A stretch of DNA of 64,000 nucleotides from assembly GCF_006345805.1 (NCBI RefSeq), contig NC_043025.1, positions 16,926,001 to 16,990,000 of the forward strand. Direction: 5' to 3'. Positions within the stretch are counted from its first letter, which is position 1; each line of letters begins with the position of its first letter. Both the position numbers and the translations under genes were made by a program. Source of the DNA: Octopus sinensis. Taxonomy: Eukaryota. Below the pieces are notes generated by a model. That model saw only the letters and a program-made list of their open reading frames with translations, did no database searches and was not told the DNA's origin. Positions 15,001-29,150 of this stretch are shown here, piece after piece.

Positions 15001-18000
15001 ATTATCATTCATAAATTTATATTACCTAACAGATCACAAATCTTTTTCTATTTTTCAAGTACACATTTGAAATATTTTGATATTTTCTAACCTGAAAACT
15101 TTTGAGAATTTAGTGATCTCTTGGATACATATAAGCTTATTATCACTCATATAGCTTATATTTACCTAACCGATCACAAAATTTTTTTTTGTTTTTCAAG
15201 CGCACATTTGAAATATTTTGACAAGTTGCAACCTGAAAACTTTTGAGAATTTAGTGATCTCTTGGACAAATATAAGCTTATTATCACTCATATAGCTTAT
15301 ATTTACCTAACAGATCACAAAATTTTTTTTCGTTTTTCAAGTACACATCTGAAATATTTTGATATTTTCTAACCTAAAAACTTTTGAGAATTTAGTGATC
15401 TCTTGGATTAATATAAGCCTATTATCACTCAGCTAACTTATATTTATCTAACAGATGAGAAAATTTTTTTATATTTTTCAAGTACACCTTTGAAATATTT
15501 TGATATTTTCTAACCTGAAAACTTTTAAGAATTTAGTGATCTCTTGTATAAATATAAGCTTATTTTGCACTCAGCTAACTTATATTTATCTAATAGATCA
15601 CAAACTATTTTTTTGTTTTTCAAGTACACATTTGAAATATTTTGACATTTTCTAACCTGAAAACTTTTGAGAATTTAGTGATCTCTTGGATAAATATAAG
15701 CTTATTATCACTCATATAGCTTATATTTACCTAACAAATCACAAAATTTTTTTTTGTTTTTCAAGTACACATTTGAAATATTTTGGACATTTTCTAACCT
15801 GGAAATTGAGAATTTAGTGATGTCTTGGAAAATATAAGCTTATTATCACTATATAGCTTATATTTACCTACGAGATTGCAAAATTTTTTTTTTTTCAAAT
15901 ACACATTTGAAATATTTTGATATTTTCTAATCTTAAAAACTTTTGAGAATTTAGTGATCTCTTGGATAAATATAAGCTTATTATCATTCAGTTATTTATA
16001 TTTACCTAACAGATCACGAAATTTTTTATATTTTTCAAATACATATTTGAAATATTTGACATTTTCTAACCTGAAATTTTTTGAGAATTTAGTGATGTCT
16101 TGGACAAATATAAGAACTTATTATCACTCATATAGCTTTATTATTACCTAACAGATCACAAAAATTTTTTTTTATTTTTCAAGTACACATTGAAATATTT
16201 TGACATTTTCTAACCTGGAAACTTTTGAGAATTTAGTGATCTTTGGAAAATATAAGCCTTATTGACACATATAGCTTATATTTCCTACGAGATTACAAAA
16301 TTTTTTTTTTTTCAAATACACATTTGAAATATTTGATATTTTCTAATCTTAAAACTTTTGAGAATTTAGTGATCTCTTGGATAAATATAAGCTTATTATC
16401 ATTCAGTTAATTTATATTTACCTAACAGATCACAAAATTTTTTTCTATTTACAAGTACACATTTGAAAATATGTGACATTTTCTAACCTGAATCTTTTGA
16501 GAATTTAGTGATCTTCGTGGTAAATATTAAGCTTATTATCATTTCAGTTAATTTATATTTACCTAACAGATCACAAATTTTTTTTTTTTTTCAAGTACAC
16601 ATTTGAAATATTTTGACATTTTCTCACCTGAAAACTTTTGAGACTTTAGTGATCAGTGGAAAATATAAGCTTATTATCATTCATATAGCTTATATTTACC
16701 TACGAGATCTGAAAAATTTTTTTTTTTTTCAGTACACATTGAAATATTTTGACATTTTCTAACCTGAAAACTTTTGAGAATTAGTGATCTCTTGGATACA
16801 TATAAGCTTATTATCACTATATAGCTTATATTTACCTAACCGATCACAAAATTTTTTTTGTTTTTCAGGTAACACATTTGAAACATTTGACAATTTCCAA
16901 CCTGAAAACTTTTGAGAATTTAGTGATCTCTTCGATAAATATAAGCTTATTATCAACATATAGCTTATATTGCCTACGAGATTACAAATTTTTTTTTCAA
17001 ATACACATTTGAAATATTTTGATATTTCTAATCTTAAAACTTTTGAGAATTTAGTGATCTCTTGGATAAATATAAGTTTTATCATTCAGGAATTTATATT
17101 TACCTAACAGATCACAAAATTTTTTTCTATTTTTCAAGTACAGATTTGAAATATTTTGACATTTTAACTGAAATCTTTTGAGAATTTAGTGATCTCTTGG
17201 ACAAGTATAAGCTTATTATCACTCATACGCTTATATTTACCTAACAGTCACAAAATTTTTTTTTTTTCAAGTACACATCTGAAATATTTTGATATTTTCT
17301 AACCTGAAAACTTTGAGAATTTGATATTGGATAAATAAGCTTCTTATCACTCAGCTAACTATATTTTCTAACAGATCACAAAATTTTTTTTATTTTTCAA
17401 GTACACATTTGAAATAATTGACATTTTCTAACCTGAAAACTTTTAAGAATTTAGTGATCTCTTGATAAAATATAAGTTATTATCACTCAGCTAACTGATA
17501 TTTACCTAACAGATCACAAAATTTTTTTTTGTTTTTCAAGTACACATTTGAAATATTTTGACATTTTCTCACCTGAAAACTTTTGAGACTTTAGTGATCA
17601 GTTGGAAAATATAAGCTTATTATCATTCATATAGCTTATATTTACCTACGAGATCAGAAAATTTTTTTTTTTTTTTAAGTACACATTTGAAATATTTTGA
17701 CATTTTCTAACCTGAAAACTTTTGAGAATTTAGTGATCTCTTGGATAATATAAGCTTATTATCCACTCATATAACTTATATTTACCTAACCGATCACAAA
17801 ATTTTTTGTTTTTCAAGCGACACATTTGAAAATTTTGGACAATTTCCACCTGAAAACTTTGAGAATTTAGTGATCTCTTGGATAAATATAAGCTTATTAT
17901 CACTATATAGCTTATATTTACCTAACAATCACAAAAATTTTTTTTTGTTTCAAGTAGACTTGAAATATTTTGACATTTTGTAACCTGAAAACTTTTGAGA

Positions 18001-21000
18001 ATTTAGTGATCTCTTGGATAAATATAAGCTTTTTATCACTCAGCTAACTTATATTTATCTAATAGATCACAAAATATTTTTTTGGTTTTCAAGTACACAT
18101 TTGAAATATTTTGACATTTTAACCTGAAAAACTTTGAGAATTTAGTGGTCTCTTGGATACATATAAGCTTATTATCACTCATATAGCTTATATTTACCTA
18201 ACCGATCACAAAATTTTTTTTGTTTTTCAGTTACACATTTGAAATATTTTGACAATTTCCAACCTGAAAACTTTTGAGAATTTAGTGATCTCTTGGATAA
18301 ATATAAGCTTATATCACTCATATAGCTTATATTTACCTAACAAATCACAAATTTTTTTTTGTTTTCAAGTACACATTTGAAATATTTTGACATTTTCTAA
18401 CTGGAAACTTTTGAGAATTTAGTGATCTCTTGGAAAATATAAGCTTATTATCACTCATATAGCTTATATTTTCCTACGTGATTACAAAATTTTTTTTTTT
18501 TTTCAAATACACATTGAAATATTTTGATATTTCTAATCTTAAAACTATTGAGAATTTACTGATCTCTTGGATAAATAGAAGCTTATTATCATTTGTTAAT
18601 TTATATTAACTAAACAGATCACAAAATTTTTTTCTTTTTTGAAGTACACATTTGAAATATTTTGACATTTTCTAACTGAAATACTTGAGAATTTAGTGAT
18701 CTCTTGGACAAATATAAGCTTATTATCATCATATAGCTTATATTACCTAACAGATCACAAATTTCTTTTATTTTCAAGTACACATTTGAAATATTTTGAC
18801 ATTTTTCTAACCTGAAAACTTTCAAGAATTTAGTGATCTCTTGGATAAATATAAGCTTTTATCACTCAGCTAACTTATATTTATCTAACAGATCACAAAA
18901 TTTTTTTGTTTTCAAGTACACATTTGAAATATTTTGACATTTTCTCACCTGAAAACTTTTGAGACTTTAGTGATCAGTTGGAAATATAAGCTCTTATCAC
19001 TCATATAGCTTATATTAAACCTACGAGATCAGAAAATTTTTTTTTTTTTTTTAAGTACACATTTGAAATATTTTGACATTTTCTAACCTGAAAACTTTTG
19101 AGAATTAGTGATCTCTTGGATACATATAAGCTTTTATCACTTCATATAGCTTATATTTACCTAACAAATCACAAAATTTTTTTTTGTATTTCAAGTACAC
19201 ATTTGAAATATTTTGACATTTTCTCACCTGGAAACTTTTGAGAATTTAGTGATCTCTTGGAAATAATAAGCTATTATGACTCATATAGCTTATATTTACC
19301 TACGAGATTACAAAAATTTTTTTTTTTCAATACACATTTGAAATATTTTGACATTTCTAACCTGAAAAACTTTTGAGAATTTGGTGATCTCTTGGATAAT
19401 ATAAGCTTATTATCATTCAGTTAATTTATATTTACTAGACAGATCACAAAATTTTTTTTCTATTTTTCAGTACACATTTGAAATATTTTGACATTTTCTA
19501 ACCTGAAATCTTTTGAGAAATTAGTGATCTCTGGATAAATATAAGCTTACTATATTCAGTTACTTTATATTACCTAACAGATCACAAAATTTTTTTTTTT
19601 TTTTTCAATTACACATCTAATATTTTGACATTTCTAACCTGAAAACTTTTAAGAATTTAGTGATCTCTTGGATAAATATAAGCTTATTATCACTCAGCTA
19701 AGTGCTATTTATCTAACAGATCACAAAATTTTTTTTGTTTTTCAAGTCACATTTGAAATAATTTGACATTTTCTAACCTGAAAACTTTTGAGACTTTAGT
19801 GATCAGTTGGAAAATATAAGCTTATTAACATTCATATAGCTTATATTTACCTACGAGATCAGAAAATTTTTTTTTTTTTAAGTACACATTTGAAAATATT
19901 TTGACATTTCTAACTGAAAACTTTTGAGAATTTAGTGATCTCTTGGATACATATAAGCTTATTATCACTCATATTATATATAAACCGATCACAAAAATTT
20001 TTTTTTGTTTTCAGGTACACATTTGAAACATTTTGACAATTTCAACCTGAAAACTTTTGAGAATTTAGTGATCTCTTGGATAAATATAAGCTTATTATCA
20101 CTCATATAGCTTATATTTACCTACGAGATTACAAAATTTTTTTTTTTCAAATACACATTTGAAAATATTTGATATTTTCTAATCTTAAAACTTTTGAGAA
20201 TTTAGTGATCTCTTGGATAAATATAAGTTTTTATTTACCAGTCATATTTATATTTACCTAACAGATCACAAAATTTTTTTTTTTCAATTACACATCTATA
20301 TATTTGACATTTTCAACCTGAAAACTTTTAAGAATTTAGTGATCTCTTGGATAAATATAAGCTTATTATCACTCATATAGCTTATATTTACCTAACAGAT
20401 CACAAAATTTTTTTTCGTTTTTCAAGTACACATCTGAAACATTTTGATATTTTCTAACCTGAAAACTTTTAAGAATTTAGTGATCTCTTGGATAAATATA
20501 AGCTTATTATCACTCAGCTAACTTATATTTTTCTAACAGATCACAAAATTTTTTTTTATTTTTCAAGTACACATTTGAAATACTTTGACATTTTCTAACC
20601 TAAAAAATTTTAAGAATTTAGTGATCTCTTGGATAAATATAAGCTTATTATCACTCAGCTAACTTATATTTATCTAAAGATCACAAAATTTTGTTTTTGT
20701 TTTCAAGTACACATTTGAAATATTTTGACATTTTCTCACCTGAAAACTTTTGAGACTTTAGTGATCAGTTGGAAAATATAAGCTTATTATCACCCTATAT
20801 AGTATATTTACCTACGGGATCACAAATTTTTTTTTTTTCAAGTACACATTTGAAATATTTTGACACTTTCTAACCTGAAAACTTTTGAGAATTTAGTGAT
20901 CTCTTGTAAACATAAAGCTTATTATCACTCATATAGCCTATATTTACCTAACCGATCACAAAATTTTTTTTTGTTTTTGAAGCGCACATTTGAATATTTT

Positions 21001-24000
21001 GACAATTTCCAACTGAAAACTTTTGAGAATTTAGTGATCTCTTGGACAATATAAGCTTATTATCACTCATATAGCTTATATTTACCTAACAGATCACAAA
21101 ATTTTTTCGTTTGTTCAAGTACCACATCTTGAAATATTTTGATATTTTCTAACCTGAAAACTTTGAGAATTAAGTGATCTCTTGGATAATATAAGCCTTT
21201 ATCCTCAGCTAACTTATATTATCTAACAGATCAGAAATTTTTTTTATATTTTCAAGTACACCTTTGAAATATTTGATATTTTCTAACCTGAAAACTTTTA
21301 AGAATTTAGTGATCTCTTGTATAAATATAACCTTATTATCACTCAGCTCATATATTTATCTAATAGATCACACAAAATTTTTTGTTTTTTCAAGTACACA
21401 TTTGATATTTTTGACCTTTCTAACCTGAAAACTTTTGAGAATTTAGTGATCTCTTGGATACATATAAGCTTATTATCACTCATATAGCTTATATTACCTA
21501 ACCGATCACAAAATTTTTTTTTGTTTTCAGGTACACATTTGAAATATTTTGACACTTTCCAACCTGAAAACTTTTGCGAATTTAGTGATCTCTTGGATAA
21601 ATATAAGCTTATTATCACTCATATAGCTTAATTTACCTAACAAATCACAAAATTTTTTTTTGATTTTCAAGTACACATTGAAATATTTTGACATTTTCTA
21701 CCTGGAACCTTTTGAGAATTAGTGATCTTTGGGCAAATATAAGCTTATTATCACTATATAGCTATATTTACCTACGAGATTACAAAATTTTTTTTTTTTT
21801 TCAAAACACATTTGGAATATTTTGATATTTTCTAACTTAAAACTTTTGAGAATTTAGTGATCTCTTGGATAAATATAAGCTTATTATCATTCAGTTAATT
21901 TATATTTACCTAACAGATCACAAAATTTCTTTATATTTTTCAAGTACACATTGAAATATTTTGACATTTTTAACCTGAAATTTTGAGAATTTAGTGATCT
22001 CTTGGACAAGTATAAGCTTATTATCACTCATATAGTTATATTACCTAACAGATCACAAAATTTTTTTTTATTTTTCAAGTACACATTTGAAATATTTTGA
22101 CATTTTCTAACCTGAAAACTTTTAGAATTTAGTGATCTCTTGGATAAAATAAGCTTATATCACTCATATAGCTTATATTAACCTAACAAAACACAAAATT
22201 TTTTTTTGTTTTTCAAGTACACATTTGAAATATTGACATTTTCTAACCTGGAACCTTTTGAGAATTTAGTGATCAGTTGGAAAACATAAGCTTATTATCA
22301 CTCATATAGCTTATATTACCTACGAAATCAGAAAATTTTTTTTTTTTTTAAGTACACATTTTAAATATCTTAACATTTTCTAACCTGAAAACTTTTGAGA
22401 ATTTAGTGATCTCTTGGATACATAAAGCTTATTATCACTTCATATAGCTTATATTTACCTAACCGATCACAAAATTTTTTTTTCTTTTTCAGGTACACAT
22501 TTGAAAATATTTGACAATTTTCCAACCTGTAAACTTTGAGAATTTAGTGATCTCTGGATAAATATAAGCTTATTATCACTCATATACTTATATTTATCTA
22601 CGAGATTACAAAATTTTTTTTTTTTCAAATACACATTTGAAATATTTTGATACTTTTCTAATCTTAAAACTTTTGAGAATTTAGTGATCTCTTGGATAAA
22701 TATAAGCTTATTATCATTCAGTAAATTTATATTTACCTAACAGATCACAAAATTTTTTTATTTTTCAAGTACATTTGAAATATTTTCACATTTTTCTAAC
22801 CTGAAATCTTTTGAGAATTTAGTGATTCTTGGACAAATATAAGCTTATTATCACTCATATAGCTTATATTTACCTAACAGATCACAAAATTTTTTGTTTT
22901 TCAAGTACACATCTGAAATATTTGATATTTTCTAACCTGAAAACTTTTGAGAATTTAGTGATCTCTTGGATAAATATAAGCTTATTATCACTCAGCTAAT
23001 TTATACTTTTCTAACAGAACACAAAATTTTTTTTTATTTTTCAAGTACACATTTGAAATATTTTCACATTTTCTAACCTGAAAACTTTTAAGAATTTAGT
23101 GATCCCTTGGATAAACATAAGCTTATTATCACTCAGCTAACTTATATTTATCTAACAGATCACAAAATTTTTTTTTGTTTTTCAAGTACACATTTGAGAT
23201 ATTTTGTCATTTTCTCACCTGAAAACGTTTGAGACTTTAGTGATCAGTTGGAAAATATAAGCTTCATATCACTCATATAGCTTATATTTACCTACGGGAT
23301 CACAAATTTTTTTTTTTTTTCAAGTACACATTGAAATATTTTGACACTTTCTAACCTGATAAACTTTGAGAATTTAGTGCTCTCTTGGATACATATAGCT
23401 TATTATCACTCATATAGCTTATATATTACCTAACGATCACAAAATTTTTTTTGTTTTTCAAGCACAATTTGAAATATTTTGACAATTTCAACCTGAAAAC
23501 TTTTGAGAATTTAGTGATCTCTGGATAAAAGTATAAGCTTATTATCACTCATATAGCTTATATTTACCTAACAGATCACAAAATTTTTTTTGTTTTTCAA
23601 GTAGACATTTGAAATATTTTGACATTTTCTAACCTGAAAACTTTTGAGAATTTAGTGATCTCTTGGATAAATATAAGCTTATTCATTCAGTTAATTATAT
23701 CTATACTAAACAGATCACAAAATTTTTTTTCTATTTTTCAAGTACACATTTGAAATATTTTGACATTTTCTAACCTGAAAACTTTTGATAATTTAGTGAT
23801 CTCTTGGACAAATATAAGCTTATTATCACTCATATAGCTTATATTTACCTAACAGATCACAAAATTTTTTTTCGTTTTTCAAGTACACATCTGAAATATT
23901 TTGATATTTTCTAACCTGAAAACTTTTGAGAATTTAGTGATCTCTTGGATTAATATAAGCCTATTATCACTCAGCTAACTTATATTTATCTAACAGATCA

Positions 24001-27000
24001 GAAAATTTTTTTATATTTTTCAAGTACACCTTTGAAATATTTTGATATTTTCTAACCTGGAACCTTTTGAGAATTTAGTGATCTCTGTTGAAATATAAGT
24101 TTACTATCACTCATATAGCTTATATTTACCTACGAGATTGCAAAATTTTTTTTTTTTCAAATACACATTTGAAATATTTTGATATTTTGTAATCTAAAAT
24201 GTTGAGAAATTTAGTGATCTCTTGGATAAATATAAGCTTATTATCACAGTTAATTTATATTTACCTAACAGATTACAAAAATTTTTTTATATTTTCAAGT
24301 AACATTTAAAATATTTTGACATTTTCTAACTGAAATTTTTGAGAATTTAGTGATGTCTTGGACAAATATAAGCTATTATCACTCATATAGCTTATATTTA
24401 CCTAACAGATCACAAAATTTTTTTGTTTTTCAAGTACACATTTGAAATATTTTGACATTTTCTAACCTGGAAACGTTGAGAATTTAGTGATCTCTGGGAA
24501 AATATAAGCCTATTATGACTCATATAGCTTATATTTACCTACGAATTAGTATCTCTGGATAAATAAAGCTTCTTATCATTCAGTTAATTTATATTTACCT
24601 AACAGATCACAAAATTTTTTTATTTCGAGTACACATTTGAAATATTTGACATTACCACACATTTCTCACCTGAAAACTTTTGAGACTTAGTGATCAGTTG
24701 GAAAATATAAGCTTATTACATTCATATAGCTTTATTTACCTACGAGATCAGAAAATTTTTTTTTTTTTTAAGTACACATTTGAAATATTTTGACATTTTC
24801 TAACCTGAAAACTTTGAGAATTAGTGATCTCTTGGATAAATATAAGTTTATATCATTCATAAAATTTATATTTACCTAACAGATCACAAAATTTTTTTTG
24901 TTTTTCAAGTACAATTTGAAATATTTTACATTTCTAACCTGAAATTTTTGAGAATTTAGTGATGTCTGGACGAATATAAGCTTATTATCACTCATATAGC
25001 TTATCTTTACCTAACAGATCACAAAATTTTTTTTATTTTTCAAGTACACTTTGAAATATTTTGACATTTTCTAACCTAGAAACTTTGAGAATTTAGTGAT
25101 CTCTTGGAAAATATAGCCTATATGACTCATATAGTTATATTTACCTACGAATTTAGTGATCTCTGGATAAATATAAGTTATTATCATTCAGTTAATTCTA
25201 TATTACCTAAAGATCACAAAATTTTTTTTATTTTTCGAGTACACATTTGAAATATTTGACATTTCTCAACCTGAAAACTTTTGAGACTTTAGTGATCAGT
25301 TGGAAAATATAAGCTTATTAACATTCATATAGCTTATATTTACCTACAGAGATCAGAAAATTTTTTTTTTTTTTAAGTACACATTTGAAATATTTTGACA
25401 TTTTTAACCTGAAAACTTTTGAGAATTTAGTGATCTCTTGGATAAATATAAGTTATTATCATTCAGTAAATTTATATTTACCTAACAGATCACAAATTTT
25501 TTTCGTATTTTCAAGTACCATTTGAAATATTTTCACATTTTCTACCTGAAATTTTTGAGAATTAGTGATCTCTTGGACAAATATAAGCTTATTATCACTC
25601 ATATAGCTTATATTTACCTAACAGATCACAAAATTTTTTTTGTTTTTCAAGTAGACATTTGAAATATTTTGACACTTTTCTAACCTGAAAACCTTTGAGA
25701 ATTTAGTGATCTCTTAGTTAAATATAAGCATATTATCACTCAGTTAACATATATTTACCTAACAGATCACAAAATGTTTTCAAGTACACATTGAAATATT
25801 TTGACATTTTCTAACCTGAAAACTTTTGAGAATTTAGTTATCTCTTGGATAACTATAAGCTTATTATCACTCATATAGCTTATATTTACCTAACAGATCA
25901 CAACATTTTTTTTTGTATTTCAAGGCACATTTGAAATATTTTGACATTTTCACCTGAAAACTTTTGAGAATTTAGTGATCTCTGGATAAATATAAGCTTA
26001 TTATCACTCAGCTATACTTATATTTATCTAAGAGATCACCAAATTTTTTTTATTTTTCAGTACAACATTTGAGAAATATTTTGACATTTTTAACCTGAAA
26101 ACTTTGAGAATTAAGTGATCTCTTGGATTAATATAAGCCTATTATCACTCAGCTAACTTATACTTATCTAACAGATCAGAAAATTTTTTTATATTTTTCA
26201 AGTACACCTTTCAAATATTTTGATATTTTCTAACCTGAAAACTTTTAAGAATTTAGTGATCTCTTGTATAAATATAACCTTATTATCACTCAGCTAACTT
26301 ATATTTATCTAATAGATCACAAAATATTTTTTTGTTTTTCAAGTACACATTTGAAATATTTTGACATTTTCTAACCTGAAAACTTTTGAGAATTTAGTGA
26401 TCTCTTGGATACATAATAGCTTATTATCACTCATATAGCTTATATTTACCTAACCGTTCACAAAATTTTTTTTTGTTTTTCAGGTACACATTTGAAATAT
26501 TTTGACAATTTCCAACCTGAAAACTTTTGAGAATTTAGTGATCTCTTGGATAAATATAAGCTTATTATAACTCATATAGCTTATATTTACCTAATAAATC
26601 ACAAAATTTTTTTTTGTTTTTCAAGTACACATTTGAAATATTTTGACATTTTCTAACCTGGAACTTTTGAGAATTTAGTGATCTCTTGGAAAATATAAGC
26701 TTATTATCACTCATATAGCTTATATTTACCTACGAGACTACAAAATTTTTTTTTTTTTCAAATACACATTTGAAATATTTTGATATTTTCTAATCTTAAA
26801 ACTTTTGAGAATTTAGTGATCTCTTGGATAAATATAAGCTTATTATCATTCAGTTAATTTATATTTACCTAACAGATCACAAAATTTCTTTATATTTTTC
26901 AAGTACACATTTGAAATATTTTGACATTTTCTAACCTGAAAACTTTTAAGAATTTAGTGATCTCTTGGATAAATATAAGCTTATTATCACTCATATAGCT

Positions 27001-29150
27001 TATATTTACCTAACAAATCACAAAATTTTTTTTTTTTTTCAAGTACACATTTGAAATATTTTGATATTTTCTAATCTTAAAACTTTTGAGAATTTAGTGA
27101 TCTCTTGGATAAATATAAGCTTATTATCATTCAGTAAATTTATATTTACCTAACAGATCACAAAATTTTTTTCTATTTTTCAAGTACACATTTGAAATAT
27201 TTTGACATTTTCTAACCTGAAATCTTTTGAGAATTTAGTGATCTCTTGGACAAATATAAGCTTATTATCACTCATATAGCTTATATTTACCTAACAGATC
27301 ACAAAATTTTTTTTTGTTTTTCAAGTACTCATCTGAAATATTTTGATATTTTCTAACCTGAAAACTTTTGAGTATTTAGTGATCTCTTGGATAAACATAA
27401 GCTTATTATCACTCAGCTAACTTATATTTATCTAACAGATCACAAAATTTTTTTTTGTTTTTCAAGTACACATTTGAAATATTTTGTCATTTTCTCACCT
27501 GAAAACTTTTGAGACTTTAGTGATCAGTTGGAAAATATAAGCTTAATATCACTCATATAGCTTATATTTACCTACGGGATCACAAATTTTTTTTTTTTTT
27601 TCAAGTACACATTTGAAATATTTTGACACTTTCTAACCTGATAACTTTTGAGAATTTAGTGATCTCTTGGATACATATAAGCTTATTATCACTCATATAG
27701 CTTATATTTACCTAACCGATCACAAAATTTTTTTTTCCTTTTTCAAGCACACATTTGAAATATTTTGACAATTTCCAACCTGAAAACTTTTGAGAATTTA
27801 GTGATCTCTTGGATAAATATAAGCTTATTATCACTCATATAGCTTATATTTACCTAACAGATCACAAAATTTTTTTTTGTTTTTCAAGTACACATTTGAA
27901 ATATTTTGACATTTTCTAACCTGAAAACTTTTGAGAATTTAGTTATCTCTTGGATAAATATAAGCTTATTATCACTCATATAGCTTATATTTACCTAACA
28001 GTTCACAACATTTTTTTTTGTATTTCAAGTACACATTTGAAATATTTTGACATTTTCTAACCTGAAAACTTTTGAGAATTTAGTGATCTCTTGGATAAAT
28101 ATAAGCTTATTAACACTCAGCTAACTTATATTTATCTAAGAGATCACAAAATTTTTTTTTATTTTTCAAGTACACATTTGAAATATTTTGACATTTTCTA
28201 ACCTGAAAACTTTTAAGAATTTAGTGATCTCTTAGAGAAATATAAGCTTATTATCACTCAGCTAACTTATATTTATCTAACAGTTCACAAAATTTTTTTT
28301 TGTTTTTCAAGTACACATTTGAAATATTTTGACATTTTCTCACCTGAAAACTTTTGAGACTTTAGTGATCAGTTGGAAAATATAAGCTTATTATCACTCA
28401 TATAGCTTATATTTACCTATGGGATCACAATTTTTTTTTTTTTTTCAAGTACACATTGGAAATATTTTGACATTTTCTAACCTGAAAACTTTTGAGAATT
28501 TAGTGATCTCTTGGATACATATAAGCTTATTATCACTCATATAGCTTATATTTACCTAACCGATCACAAAATTTTTTTTTGTTTTTCAAGCACACATTTG
28601 AATTATTTTGACAAGTTCCAACCTGAAAACTTTTGAGAATTTAGTGAACTCTTAGATAAATATAAGCATATTATCACTCATATATCTTATATTTACCTAA
28701 CAGATCACAATATTTTTTATTGTTTTTCAAGTACACATTTGAAATATTTTGACATTTTCTAACCTGAAAACTTTTGAGAATTTAGTTATCTCTTGGATGA
28801 ATATAAGCTTATTATCATTCAGCTAACTTATATTTATCTAACAGATCACAAAATTTTTTTCTATTTTTCAAGTACACATTTGAAATATTTTGACATTTTC
28901 TAACCTGAAAACTTTTAAGAATTTAGTGATCTCTTGGATAAATATAAGCTTATTATCACTCAGCTAACTTATATCTATCTAACAGATCACAAAAGTTTTG
29001 TTTGTTTTTCAAGTACACATTTGAAATATTTTGACATTTTCTCAACTGAAAACTTTTGAGACTTTAGTGATCAGTTGCAAAATATAAGCTTATTATCACT
29101 CATATAGCTTATATTTACCTAAAAGATCACAAAATTTTTTTTTTTTTTTT
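1..29150 (+). repeat. Domain with variable-order higher-order repeat (ordered monomer variants, often ~6-8-mers)
   Basis: Diagnostic variant monomers recur in conserved order: cagctaac/tttatctaac, then ctcacc..gagactttagtgatcagttgg..ctacgagatcag, then gatacat..gacaatttcc, then gagattac..tcttaaaac, then attcagt(t/a)aattt, then gaaatcttt..ggacaaat. One example 7-mer is at ~8223-9220. The gagacttt marker occurs 20 times between 6988 and 29058, and I did not see it further right. Confidence 0.8.
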
